NCBI GenBank assembly: GCA_030549835.1
Contig: JAUQQR010000001.1
Location: 2,753-66,752 of the forward strand
DNA from: Thermoproteota archaeon
GTDB taxonomy: Archaea; Thermoproteota; Thermoprotei_A; Sulfolobales; Acidilobaceae
DNA length: 64,000 nucleotides
Direction of reading: 5' to 3'
Part shown: positions 48,688 through 58,728 of the stretch, in pieces
Layout of the letters: the number at the start of each line of letters is the position of its first letter
Position numbering within the stretch: position 1 is the first letter of the stretch
Position numbers and translations under genes: made by a program
The notes under the pieces: model-generated
The model's input: only the letters and a program-made list of their open reading frames with translations
The model's database searches: none
Told to the model about the DNA's origin: nothing

Positions 48688-49758
48688 TTGTGTGCTGCTA
48701 GACCTGAGAGTAGTGTTGGTATTCGTGGTTGGGGTGTTTATATTCCTAGGTTTAGGATTTCTATGGTTGAAATTGCTAGGGAGTGGGGTTGGAGTGATTA
48801 TCAGTGGAAGGCTCTTGGTATGGTTGAGAGGTCTGTTGCTGGGCCTGATGAAGACTCTACGACTATGGGTGTTGAGGCTTCTATTAATGCTCTGAAGAGA
48901 GCTAATATTAACCCGAGCGATATTGGTGCTGTGTTTTTTGGCTCAGAGTCTAAGCCTTATGCTGTCAAGCCTAGTGCTACTATTATAGCTGAAGTGTTGG
49001 GTATAACGCCTTTAACTATGGCTAGTGATTTGGAGTTTGCTTGTAGAGCTGCTAGTGAGGGGTTGAGAGCATCTATTGGTCTCATAGCCTCAGGTATGGT
49101 TAAGTATGCTCTAGTAGTTGGTAGTGATACTTCTCAGGCTAATCCAGGCGATGTCTTAGAGTTTACAGCTTCTAGCGGGGCGGCAACACTCATATTAGGA
49201 GGTAGTAGTGGGTCAGCAGCATATTTTGAGGGTAGTTTCTCATATATTACAGATACCCCAGACTTCTGGAGACGTGAGGGATCCCCCTACCCTAGGCATG
49301 GTGAGGGTTTTACGGGTGAGCCGGCGTACTTTAAGCATATAGTAGAGGCTGTAAGGGGGTTAATGGATTCTCTAGGCTTAAAGCCATCAGACTTCAACTA
49401 TGCTGTATTCCATCAGCCTAATGGTAGGTTCCCATTAAAGGTTGGGGAAATGCTTGGATTCAAAGCTGAGCAGATTAAGCTAGGCCTAGTTACTCCAATA
49501 ATAGGCAATACCTATAATGGCAGTGCTCTCATAGGCTTAGCTAGAGTACTAGACTATGCTAAGCCAGGAGAGAGGATACTAGTAGCACCCTTTGGTAGTG
49601 GTGCAGGGAGCGATGCTTATAGCTTAATAGTCACAGATAGTATTGATGAGAGTAGAGAGAGGGCTCCAACAGTAGACTATTATATTAAGAATAAAGTTAT
49701 GATAACCTACTCTCAGTACTCTAAGTTTAGGAGGCTACTGAGAGTTATTAGAGAATAG
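48688..49758 (+). CDS. Archaeal hydroxymethylglutaryl-CoA synthase
   Basis: VGIRGWGVYIPRFRI start region, catalytic Cys context EFACRAASEG, and FHQPNG. About 350 aa. First gene of the thiolase/HMGCS/DUF35 trio. Confidence 0.85.
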   Translation: MCAARPESSVGIRGWGVYIPRFRISMVEIAREWGWSDYQWKALGMVERSVAGPDEDSTTMGVEASINALKRANINPSDIGAVFFGSESKPYAVKPSATIIAEVLGITPLTMASDLEFACRAASEGLRASIGLIASGMVKYALVVGSDTSQANPGDVLEFTASSGAATLILGGSSGSAAYFEGSFSYITDTPDFWRREGSPYPRHGEGFTGEPAYFKHIVEAVRGLMDSLGLKPSDFNYAVFHQPNGRFPLKVGEMLGFKAEQIKLGLVTPIIGNTYNGSALIGLARVLDYAKPGERILVAPFGSGAGSDAYSLIVTDSIDESRERAPTVDYYIKNKVMITYSQYSKFRRLLRVIRE

Positions 49759-49768
49759 GTGGCGTAGC

Positions 49769-50899
49769 ATGGCTTACATAACAGGGGCATCCATGATTAA
49801 TATTGATAGGCACTATGATAAGAGTATTAGGAGGCTAGCATCTGATGCTGTATTTAAGCTAGACAGTAGTAGTGTAGAGAACGTAGACTATGTCATTGTA
49901 GCATCTAGTATATCCTACCTTCAGGAGCCACAGCTAGACTTAGCCTCATATATAGCGTCAGCGTTAGGATTAAGGAATGCTAGGGCTTTTAACGTTGAAG
50001 CCGGGGAGGTTTCTGGTGCTACGGCAGTACTAATGGCTAAATCTCTGGTTGATAGCAGGTTAGCATCTAAAGTCTTAGTTGTTGGTGTTGATAAACTATC
50101 GAATTATCCGTCAGCAGTAACATATAAGCATATATCCCTGCTTAATGACTCTGAGAGTGAATCTCTCTATAGTATAGGTTTAGGTGGTATAGCTGGCATA
50201 CTTATGAGGCTATACATGGAGACTTATAAGGTTGACAGGTTAACATTAGCATACTGGCCTGCACTTATGCACTCTAATGCTAAGCTTAACCCATACGCTA
50301 TGTTACGCTTCACAATAACACCTGAGAAGGTCTTAGACGCTATGCCTATAGCAGATCCTATAACTCTACTAGATACATTCCCTATAGGTGATGGTGCTGC
50401 AGCTCTAGTAGTAGAGTCTAAACCTAGAGATGCTCTAGCAGAGATTGTAGCTGTAGAGTCTGCAGTAGGGTACCCTAGTATAACTTTAAGCCCAGATCCT
50501 CTAAGAATAGATTCTCTAGAGTTAGCCTACAGTAGGTTAACTGAGAAGCTCGACTTAAAGAGGATTGATGTTATTGAGCTCCACGACTCATACACTATAT
50601 CAGCTATACTCCAGCTAGAGTCATTAAGACTAGCAGAGAGGGGTAAAGCTGCTGAAGCTGTAGCAAATGGATACTTTACAGTAAATGGAGACGGTCCAGT
50701 TGTTAATCCTAGTGGTGGCTTAAAAGCTAGAGGTCACCCTATAGGAGCTACTAGTGTATACCAGGTTGCTGAGGTAGCATCACAGATAGCTGGTATATTT
50801 CCTGGATTGAAAGTTCCGGATGCTAAGAGTGGACTTGTAGTATCAGTTAATGGTTTTGGCTCAAACTCCTACGTAGTATACCTTAGAGGTGTAGAGTAG
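49769..50899 (+). CDS. Acetyl-CoA acetyltransferase (archaeal thiolase)
   Basis: NPSGGLKARGHPIGATSVYQ and the C-terminal GFG..S motifs. 376 aa. Confidence 0.85.
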   Translation: MAYITGASMINIDRHYDKSIRRLASDAVFKLDSSSVENVDYVIVASSISYLQEPQLDLASYIASALGLRNARAFNVEAGEVSGATAVLMAKSLVDSRLASKVLVVGVDKLSNYPSAVTYKHISLLNDSESESLYSIGLGGIAGILMRLYMETYKVDRLTLAYWPALMHSNAKLNPYAMLRFTITPEKVLDAMPIADPITLLDTFPIGDGAAALVVESKPRDALAEIVAVESAVGYPSITLSPDPLRIDSLELAYSRLTEKLDLKRIDVIELHDSYTISAILQLESLRLAERGKAAEAVANGYFTVNGDGPVVNPSGGLKARGHPIGATSVYQVAEVASQIAGIFPGLKVPDAKSGLVVSVNGFGSNSYVVYLRGVE

Positions 50900-51298
50900 A
50901 TGCTGTCTAAGAGCCCGCCAGTAGTTTGGAGGAGTAGAATATATAGGTATAGGCTTATAGGGTGTAAGTGTAAAAACTGTGGTAGAGTACATTACCCACC
51001 AGCTAGTGCCTGCCCATACTGTAGCTCTAGAGACTTAGAAGAGGTAGAGCTCCCAAGAGTAGGGAAAGTCTTAAGCTATAGTATAGTATATGCTGTAGAT
51101 AGTGATGCTAGAGAGAGAAGCCCAGTTATACTGGGCCTTATAGATCTCGGAGTTACAAGAATTATAGCTGAAATAACAGACGCTAACCCCGAAGATATTA
51201 AAATAGGATCACAGCTAGAAGCAGTGTTTAGGAGGATTGGAGAAGATGGAGAGACAGGAGTAATCATATATGGTTTAAAGTTTAGACCAGTAATCTAA
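50900..51298 (+). CDS. DUF35 OB-fold / zinc-ribbon scaffold protein of the thiolase-HMGCS complex
   Basis: CKNCGRVHYPPASACPYCSS zinc ribbon followed by an OB-fold segment. It starts 1 nt after the thiolase stop. Confidence 0.8.
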   Translation: MLSKSPPVVWRSRIYRYRLIGCKCKNCGRVHYPPASACPYCSSRDLEEVELPRVGKVLSYSIVYAVDSDARERSPVILGLIDLGVTRIIAEITDANPEDIKIGSQLEAVFRRIGEDGETGVIIYGLKFRPVI

Positions 51299-51310
51299 GG
51301 TGAACTTAAA

Positions 51311-52564
51311 GTGGAGAAGACTCTAAATATAGAAGAGATTATATCTAAGATTGATAAGGGAGAAGTCTCTCTAAGCAAGCTTGAAGAGCATCTAGGAAAT
51401 GCTAACCTAGCAGTCCTAGCTAGGAGAGTATACTTAGAGAAGAAGACTGGGGTTAGTATGCCTAGCATAGCTAGTACTATAATAGACTTTGAAGAGGTCT
51501 ATGGCCGTAATATTGAGAATGCTATAGGAGCAGTACAGATCCCTGTAGGTATTGTAGGCCCCCTGAGAGTTGATGGAGAATATGCTAGTGGGGAATTCTA
51601 TGTACCCCTAGCAACTACTGAAGGAGCACTTATAGCAAGTGTTAATAGAGGTGTTAAAGCTATAACACTTAGTGGTGGTGCTAAAACTAGGGTTTTGAAG
51701 GATGGTATGACTAGAGCTCCTCTAATATGGACTCCTAGTGTTGAGGAGGCTTTAAGATTCATAGAGTGGACTAAAAGTAATATAGAAGCATTTAAAGCTA
51801 AGGTAAGCGAGGCTACAAGGCATGGTAGCCTAATTGATGTGCAGCCATTTATAGTAGGTAACCTAGTATGGCTAAGACTAGTCTATAAGACGGGGGATGC
51901 CATGGGGATGAATATGGCTACATTAGCTAGTGACAAGATATGCTCATATATAGAGTCATCATATGATGGCCCTGCTAGATGTATATCTTTAAGCGGGAAT
52001 ATGTGTACTGATAAGAAGCCAGCTATCATAAATAGACTCTTAGGTAGAGGTAAATATGTCATAGCTGAGGCAGTAGTAAGAGAGAATATAGTAGAGAATA
52101 TTCTCAAAGCTAAACCTGAGCTCATACACTATATCAACATTACTAAGAACTTATTAGGGAGTGCAGTAGCTGGTAGTAATAGTTTTAATGCTCACTATGC
52201 CAACATTATAGCGGCTATATTTATAGCAACAGGGCAAGATGCTGCTCAAGTGGTAGAGAGTAGTATGGGGTTCACATGGACAGAGCTTAGAGATAGAGAT
52301 CTATACATATCAGTAACTCTACCAAGCCTTGAAGTAGGCACTATAGGTGGAGGCACTAGGCTCCCAGCACAGAGGGAAGCATTAAGACTACTAGGTGTAG
52401 AGGGGGGAGGGAATCCGCCAGGAGTTAATGCATTAAAGTTTGCAGAGATAATAGCAGCTACAGTATTAGCTGGAGAATTAAACCTACTAGCAGCTCTAGC
52501 CTCAGGACACCTAGCTAGAGCTCATGAGAAGTTTGGTAGAGGGGTAGTGAGGGTTAAGCGTTGA
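51311..52564 (+). CDS. hmgA: HMG-CoA reductase (class I type)
   Basis: ATTEGALIASVNRG, GDAMGMNM and GTIGGGT motifs. Confidence 0.9.
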   Translation: MEKTLNIEEIISKIDKGEVSLSKLEEHLGNANLAVLARRVYLEKKTGVSMPSIASTIIDFEEVYGRNIENAIGAVQIPVGIVGPLRVDGEYASGEFYVPLATTEGALIASVNRGVKAITLSGGAKTRVLKDGMTRAPLIWTPSVEEALRFIEWTKSNIEAFKAKVSEATRHGSLIDVQPFIVGNLVWLRLVYKTGDAMGMNMATLASDKICSYIESSYDGPARCISLSGNMCTDKKPAIINRLLGRGKYVIAEAVVRENIVENILKAKPELIHYINITKNLLGSAVAGSNSFNAHYANIIAAIFIATGQDAAQVVESSMGFTWTELRDRDLYISVTLPSLEVGTIGGGTRLPAQREALRLLGVEGGGNPPGVNALKFAEIIAATVLAGELNLLAALASGHLARAHEKFGRGVVRVKR

Positions 52565-52607
52565 ATATTAAGGTTTCGCTTAAAATAAGACACATTTAGG
52601 AGTATAG

Positions 52608-52931
52608 ATGAAAGCTAATGCTAAGCTTGAGTATTATAGTGCATATCCACGTATAAGAGAAGAGATATTAGTAGGGCCCCCTAAGCTTACTAGATTTGAG
52701 AAAGCTAGGATTATAGCTATTAGAGCACTACAGTTGAGTAGAGGAGCTCCTCCTCTAGTATCTCCTGAAGCTGTGAGATCTACAGATCCAGTTATTATAG
52801 CTAAGTATGAGGTTGAAAACGGTATTCTACCAGTATCTATCTTGAGATACACGAGCTCTGGGTTAAGGCAGAGTATTCCTTTATCATTACTAGTTAAGCT
52901 TACTCGTGAAGTGGCTGGTAGAATTGAGTGA
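52608..52931 (+). CDS. rpoK: DNA-directed RNA polymerase subunit K (Rpo6)
   Basis: LTRFEKARIIAIRALQLSRGAPPLV and the EVENGILPVSILRY motifs. Confidence 0.8.
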   Translation: MKANAKLEYYSAYPRIREEILVGPPKLTRFEKARIIAIRALQLSRGAPPLVSPEAVRSTDPVIIAKYEVENGILPVSILRYTSSGLRQSIPLSLLVKLTREVAGRIE

Positions 52932-53997
52932 GCATACTCTAAATATATGTAGATCTATAGTCTCTGAGTATTTCGAGATTCTAGGCGAGTACAGCTATGG
53001 GTCTAGGCTAGACTTAATACTAGGACTCCCAAAGAAGTGGGACAACTTAGAGGATACTCTCACAAACCTATACCCTAAGCTAACAGCTAGTAACTGTAAC
53101 CCGCTACTTTCACGAGATGAGAGAGGTTTAGTATTATATGTATTCGAGGGGAGAGAGTCTCATAATTTAGCTATTAATATTGGATTAGCTATTACTACTC
53201 TATTCACAGTATTCTTATCAGGTCTAGCCTTATCGGGGGCCAGAGAGTCTCTTGTAGGAGCTCAAGGACTAGCTTGGAGCCCTATAGCATACGTTATAGG
53301 ACTACTAATACCTCTAATTATACATGAGCTCGGTCACTGGAGTTTTATGAGACTATATAAAACTCCGTCAAGTTTACCATACCTAATCCCAGCTCCACCA
53401 TTACAGTTAGGATTCTTAGGTACTTTTGGGGCAGTTATAAATCTCAGGTGGCTCCCACCTTCTGGTAACTCTCTATCTTTAATGGCTTTAGCCGGTCCTC
53501 TCGCGGGATATATTGTGGCTATTCCTCTAGCAGTTTATGGTGTTTTAAGTTCAGTATCTGTAACTACTCTCCCTGAAGGTACTTTAACTTTAAATATTGT
53601 TCCTCTATCTTTCATTATTATTCATAGCTTAGCATGGCGTGGTGAAGGCTATATGCTCTTAAGTCCGCTAGCGTTTGCTTCCTACGTCGTATTCTTTGTT
53701 ACATTCCTAAACCTTATACCTATAGCTATGCTTGATGGGGGGCATATTGTGAGAGGTGTTGCCGGCTCTATAGCTCACAGTATTATTAGTAGGCTATTTA
53801 TTCTAGTACTCGTAGCTATGGCTGTTTTTAATCCTAACTTCATATTCTTTGCACTCATAGCCATACTATTATACTTTATATCCGGGGGTAAGCATCCGGG
53901 TCCAGCTATGAAGGTAGAGAGTAGTCCAAATGTGAGCTTAATAACCTCAATACTATATGGGGTTCTCCTGGTCTTAACAATTCCAATACCGTTATAA
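52906..53997 (+). CDS. M50-family site-2 protease (membrane metalloprotease)
   Basis: HELGHW (HExxH) in a TM helix and NLIPIAMLDGGH (NxxPxxxLDG). Confidence 0.8.
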   Translation: MKWLVELSEHTLNICRSIVSEYFEILGEYSYGSRLDLILGLPKKWDNLEDTLTNLYPKLTASNCNPLLSRDERGLVLYVFEGRESHNLAINIGLAITTLFTVFLSGLALSGARESLVGAQGLAWSPIAYVIGLLIPLIIHELGHWSFMRLYKTPSSLPYLIPAPPLQLGFLGTFGAVINLRWLPPSGNSLSLMALAGPLAGYIVAIPLAVYGVLSSVSVTTLPEGTLTLNIVPLSFIIIHSLAWRGEGYMLLSPLAFASYVVFFVTFLNLIPIAMLDGGHIVRGVAGSIAHSIISRLFILVLVAMAVFNPNFIFFALIAILLYFISGGKHPGPAMKVESSPNVSLITSILYGVLLVLTIPIPL

Positions 53998-54017
53998 GCT
54001 TATAGTGGGTTAATATA

Positions 54018-56087
54018 GTGAGCCAGTATAAGTGTAGACTCCCAGCTAATTACATAGTGTTAATAGCAGAGAAGCCTAGAGCTGGGGAGAGAATAGCTAA
54101 AGCTCTAAATGCTACGCCTCTAAAGTGTAGTATTAACGGGATACCATACTGGATACTTAGAGTTAATACCTCAAACCTTATAATAGTCTCAAGTGCAGGC
54201 CACCTCTTTGGACTATATACAAGTTATAGGGGATTCCCAGTATTTGATTATACTTGGAGACCTATATGGGAATTTGATAGTAAAGCTTCGCATCTCAAAA
54301 AATTCTATAAAACACTTGAAGTAATCCTACCAAAAGCTTCATCTTATATTAGTGCTTGTGATTACGATATTGAAGGTAGTGTCATATGCTATAAGATTAT
54401 AGAGGCTCTAGGAGACCCTAGCAGATCTCAGAGGATGAAGTTCTCAGCACTAGCAGTTAAGGATATTACGGTAGCATTTAATAATCTCCAACCTCTAGAT
54501 AGAGAGATGATTGAAGCTGGATTAGCTAGGAGTGAGCTAGACTGGCTATGGGGTATTAATGTATCAAGAGCTCTCATGGAGGCTGTTAAGGTAGCTACTG
54601 GAAGGAAAGTAGTACTTAGTGCTGGTAGAGTTCAGAGCCCTACTCTAGTAGAAGCTGTTAAGAGATGGGAGGATATTAACCTACACGTTCCTCAACCTAA
54701 AATCTCGCTAGTAGTTAGTATTAGAAGAGGTAGATTAGGGTTTAAAGCGCGTCTAGTAGACTCAAGTATACTCACTAAACGTAGTGCGGAGGGTATTAAG
54801 AGAGAGATCTTAGAAAGTAGGAGGCTTATAGTTGATAAGTATATAGTAAGTAGTGAGCATGTAGATCCACCTCCAGCATTTAATCTTGGAGATTTACAGA
54901 GAGAGGCAGCTAGGATATACGGGCTATCACCTATGAAGACTCAGGAGATAGCAGAAGATCTATACCTAGAAGCTCTCATAAGCTACCCTAGAACTAATAG
55001 CCAGAAGCTCCCCTCAACAATAGATTATATGAGTATAATGAGTAAGCTAGAGAATAATCCTGAATACTCTAGCTTAGTGAAGAGTCTTCTAATAGAAACA
55101 AGTGGCGTTCTAAAACCAGTACAAGGTAAAATGGATGACCCAGCACACCCAGCAATATACCCTACAGGTGAAAAGCCTAATAAGCTTAGCAATTATCAAA
55201 AACTAATATATGACCTTATAGTTAGAAGATTTCTAGCAGCATTCTCTAAGAGAGCTATTATAGTAAGACAGAAGACTGAACTTAGAGACTCTACAGGTAG
55301 GGTTTATGAAGCATACGGTGTTAGAGTTATTAGTGAGGGATGGCTCAGATACTATCCATTCCTTAAACCTAGAGAGCTCATATTACCAGAGCTATCTAGG
55401 GGAGATACTGTAGTTATAGATAACGTCAAATTAATAGTAGCTTGGAGTAAGCCTCCAATAGGAATATCTAAAATATCACTATTAAAATGGATGGAGAGTG
55501 TAGAGATAGGTACAGAATCTACGAGAGCTAGGATAATAGAGACTTTATTTAAAAGAAACTACTTAAAGCAAGAGAAGGGGAGAGTTATAGTAACAGATCT
55601 AGGCTATACAATAGCATATATAATAAGAGAGCTGTTTCCAGAACTCTCAACAGTAGACTTAACAAGAAATTTTGAGAAAAAACTAGAAGACATAAGATAT
55701 AATAGAGTATCTAGGAGAAATGTTATAGATGAGGCGAAGAAAACCCTCATAAACCTAATAGCTAGCTATAAGCTAAGACTGAATAAAGTAGGTGAAGACA
55801 TAGCGGTAGCACTTAAAGCCAAACAACCTATAAAGCCATGCATAATATGTGGTAGAGAATCATTAAATACAATAAAATCACTAAACCTCTGCAATTACCA
55901 CCACAAAGCGCTAGCTAAGCTGAGAGAAATATTACCAAAAATAGAGGGAACCCTAGAAATCCAGCCAGAGAAGGCTATAGAAATACTAGCCAATAAGAGA
56001 AGGTTAAGCGGGAAATGGGTAATCGATATAGCTAGTAGGGCTCAAACAGACTATAAACTTAGAGAATTAATACTAAGACCCGAGTAA
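54018..56087 (+). CDS. Type IA DNA topoisomerase (Topo III / TopA-like)
   Basis: TOPRIM start (VLIAEKP, DYDIEG), the active-site SYPRTNSQ tyrosine region, and a C-terminal Cys/His finger (CIICG...CNYHH). Confidence 0.85.
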   Translation: MSQYKCRLPANYIVLIAEKPRAGERIAKALNATPLKCSINGIPYWILRVNTSNLIIVSSAGHLFGLYTSYRGFPVFDYTWRPIWEFDSKASHLKKFYKTLEVILPKASSYISACDYDIEGSVICYKIIEALGDPSRSQRMKFSALAVKDITVAFNNLQPLDREMIEAGLARSELDWLWGINVSRALMEAVKVATGRKVVLSAGRVQSPTLVEAVKRWEDINLHVPQPKISLVVSIRRGRLGFKARLVDSSILTKRSAEGIKREILESRRLIVDKYIVSSEHVDPPPAFNLGDLQREAARIYGLSPMKTQEIAEDLYLEALISYPRTNSQKLPSTIDYMSIMSKLENNPEYSSLVKSLLIETSGVLKPVQGKMDDPAHPAIYPTGEKPNKLSNYQKLIYDLIVRRFLAAFSKRAIIVRQKTELRDSTGRVYEAYGVRVISEGWLRYYPFLKPRELILPELSRGDTVVIDNVKLIVAWSKPPIGISKISLLKWMESVEIGTESTRARIIETLFKRNYLKQEKGRVIVTDLGYTIAYIIRELFPELSTVDLTRNFEKKLEDIRYNRVSRRNVIDEAKKTLINLIASYKLRLNKVGEDIAVALKAKQPIKPCIICGRESLNTIKSLNLCNYHHKALAKLREILPKIEGTLEIQPEKAIEILANKRRLSGKWVIDIASRAQTDYKLRELILRPE

Positions 56088-56371
56088 GAATACAATAGCA
56101 TTAAACTACACTTCTCCTAGATAGCTCCTCGATCTTAATTAATGAGACACTCATTTAGTCACTCCTAGATGGTACCTAGAATCTAGTTAACCATACTGTG
56201 CTATATAGTTTTAGAGGCTATGAGAATACTCGGGTAGGCTGAGCTCTACTTAGCTAGAATTGATAGCGACCTGTAAGTTTGCTAGGTAGTGGTGTAAGCT
56301 TCTAGCTATGAGAGTATACTTAGGAGCTAATAGTTTGTTTAGCTCTTTGAGCTTTAGAGGCTTTTATAGTT

Positions 56372-56653
56372 TTAAGCTTTATACTTTGAGACTAGCATAC
56401 ACTCGCCGTTAATATTAGCTCTGAGCTTACAGACATAGAATCTACATTTAAAACCTATACATTGGCTCCCTAATAATAGGCATGTTGCTATTTTGACCTG
56501 GAATCCTCTAATAGTACTCTTTGATATGACTAGTGAATCTTTTAGGCATGTATAGTAGGGGCATGCTGGGTTACACTTTAATCCCAGGGGGGAGGGTTTG
56601 GGGTTTAAGTTTTCAATATTGAGGACTCCATAGTTCTCTATATTTATTTTCAA
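56372..56653 (-). CDS. Small Cys-rich hypothetical protein (9 Cys in 93 aa)
   Basis: CNPACPYYTC ... CLLLGSQCIGFKCRFYVC ... C. Last gene of the 58723->56372 operon. No family recognised. Confidence 0.3.
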   Translation of the reverse strand: MKINIENYGVLNIENLNPKPSPLGLKCNPACPYYTCLKDSLVISKSTIRGFQVKIATCLLLGSQCIGFKCRFYVCKLRANINGECMLVSKYKA

Positions 56654-56673
56654 TATTCACACCTTACTTAGTA

Positions 56674-57219
56674 TTATAGTTTAACCCATTTAAACATTAT
56701 ATAGATAGGTTTACCATCTCTAGCTAGGAATGCTAATGTGAATGTCTTCCTAACACTATGCCCAACTCTCCCAGCTCTTATAATTTCTATAGGATCTAAA
56801 TTCTCATCTCTTCTATAGATGTGAACTATGTAAGGGGCATGTTCTAAGCCAGGTCCTATCCTGTATACTGTGAAGGCGCCTCCATATTTTAAGCCTGATC
56901 TCACTATTAATTCCTTCTCTCTTAGGTCCTTATATATTTGGTATATTATGTATTCATTCTCACTTTTTAAAGCTATTCTTCTAAGCTCATCAATATCTAG
57001 AGCCTTACCCTGCATATCTACTACTTTTAGCTCCCCCTTCTCTACTAAATATAGTGCCTCTATTAGGCTTAGTTTTAGTGGGGCATTAAAATCTGCTCTC
57101 TTAGGCTTCTTTACTCCGATAGGTGTACCGTAGAAGCTCTTAGAGTATAGTCTCCTTGAAGATTCAAAGTCTGGTACTATAATAGAGTCATCTATAAGGT
57201 ATGCTATGTGGCACGTCAT
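56674..57219 (-). CDS. endA: tRNA-splicing endonuclease, catalytic-type subunit
   Basis: SKSFYGTP, EALYLVEKGEL, GGAFTVYR, HAPYIVHI and GHSVRK. This matches the Tyr/His/Lys catalytic pattern. 181 aa. Confidence 0.75.
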   Translation of the reverse strand: MTCHIAYLIDDSIIVPDFESSRRLYSKSFYGTPIGVKKPKRADFNAPLKLSLIEALYLVEKGELKVVDMQGKALDIDELRRIALKSENEYIIYQIYKDLREKELIVRSGLKYGGAFTVYRIGPGLEHAPYIVHIYRRDENLDPIEIIRAGRVGHSVRKTFTLAFLARDGKPIYIMFKWVKL

Positions 57220-58031
57220 ACTCTTAATCCCCTAACCTTACCTATAGTCTTTGAAGTATTTAGGGCTAAAGTTTTATCTAAAGAAGCAATAACGTCGCCA
57301 ACAACCTCTACTCTAGTAATAGTAGAGTCTAGAGGCTCGCCTCTAGAATTGAAAGCTTCTCCTCCACACTCCCTAATAAATCCTAAGGCTGCAGCTACAT
57401 CAACATTCCTAAGTCTCATCCTAGCATCTATGAATAACTTAGATGCTCCTATAGCGGTATAGCATATCTCTAAAGCTGCACTACCCAAGCTCCTAATCTT
57501 ACAATCTCTCATATCACTCTTAATGAAGTCTAATATAGTAGAAGCTATAGCAGGATCCTCTACATAAGCGAATATAAGGCACTTGTTATCCTTGAACCTC
57601 ATAGCAGGAGAACCTCCATGATAGCACCCTTTACCTCTACTAAATGAGAAAGTATTACCGTAAAATACTGGAGCTACAGCTCCAGCAATAACACTACTTA
57701 AGTTAAAATCTAGAGAGAAAGCAAGTGATACTGAAGCCCAAGAGATACAGTGTGAATAGTTAGAGCTACCATCTAGAGGATCAATTATGGTTATTAAATC
57801 ACCATCACCAAAGAATCCTCTCTCCTCAGATATACCCTTAACTCTTAGATTCTCACCTCTTAGAGCATCTATTATATAATCTTCTGCTATCTTATCAGCT
57901 ACTATGGTTTCACCCCTAACGTTAGCCATATACTCGCTAGTACAGGCGTAATCTCTAAGGAGGCCTGCAGTCTCTTCTGCTATCTTAACAGCTACTCTCC
58001 TCAAATCTTCAGGATCATATGTTAAACTCAT
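57216..58031 (-). CDS. suhB: Inositol monophosphatase / fructose-1,6-bisphosphatase family phosphatase
   Basis: IIDPLDGSSNY and the VDVAAALGF (WD.AAG-like) motifs. Confidence 0.8.
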   Translation of the reverse strand: MSLTYDPEDLRRVAVKIAEETAGLLRDYACTSEYMANVRGETIVADKIAEDYIIDALRGENLRVKGISEERGFFGDGDLITIIDPLDGSSNYSHCISWASVSLAFSLDFNLSSVIAGAVAPVFYGNTFSFSRGKGCYHGGSPAMRFKDNKCLIFAYVEDPAIASTILDFIKSDMRDCKIRSLGSAALEICYTAIGASKLFIDARMRLRNVDVAAALGFIRECGGEAFNSRGEPLDSTITRVEVVGDVIASLDKTLALNTSKTIGKVRGLRV

Positions 58032-58723
58032 GGGGACACCACTATACTACTAGCTTCAACCTGGGGATTAATATTTCTCGTAATATCTATAACTATACTA
58101 ATAGCATTAACTACCAGATCTCTAGGTACGCCGGGGACACCGCAGCCTACCACAATTGCCTTCTTAGTGTCTAATGTGATCATTGACTCTCTAGAGTCTC
58201 TATGAGGATATATGTGTATTACTAATCCTCTAGAGTCTACTATTATAGGTAAGCCGGCCTCTAACACCTCTAGATTCTGAGAGCCTATAGGCTTAAATTT
58301 CTCTCCACTCATACTAAACCTCAATATCATAGGTGTACTAATCTTATCTAAATCATATATTCCTATAGGTACTAGTGTCTTAATACTAGCAATATTACCT
58401 GAGTCAACTAAGCTATTAATCCTAGGTAACCTATCACCGCGTAGAATACGCCTAGCTAAAGCCTCAGAGCTAGGCCTAACCTTAGTCGGATCTACTCCAA
58501 GCCTCCACAAGAATCTTCTATATGCTTGAATAATTGGATTCTCAGTAAGCCTCTTAGGATCTCCAATACGCTCTTTAACTTCACTCTCAGCTTCTAAAGC
58601 TAACTCCTCAATCAAGGGGTGTCTTTCAATAACCCTGATATTTGATAGTATACTATAAGCAGCGAATACACCAATTGATATTAGATCAGGGGTAATACTA
58701 AGTAAAGCCAATCTAGGTCCCAT
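58028..58723 (-). CDS. B3/B4 tRNA-binding-domain protein (PheRS-beta B3_4-like, stand-alone)
   Basis: The region IQAYRRFLWRLGVDPTKVRPSSEALARRILRGDRLPRINSLVDSGNIASIKTLVPIGIYD matches the B3_4 domain pattern. Confidence 0.7.
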   Translation of the reverse strand: MGPRLALLSITPDLISIGVFAAYSILSNIRVIERHPLIEELALEAESEVKERIGDPKRLTENPIIQAYRRFLWRLGVDPTKVRPSSEALARRILRGDRLPRINSLVDSGNIASIKTLVPIGIYDLDKISTPMILRFSMSGEKFKPIGSQNLEVLEAGLPIIVDSRGLVIHIYPHRDSRESMITLDTKKAIVVGCGVPGVPRDLVVNAISIVIDITRNINPQVEASSIVVSP

Positions 58724-58728
58724 ATATT

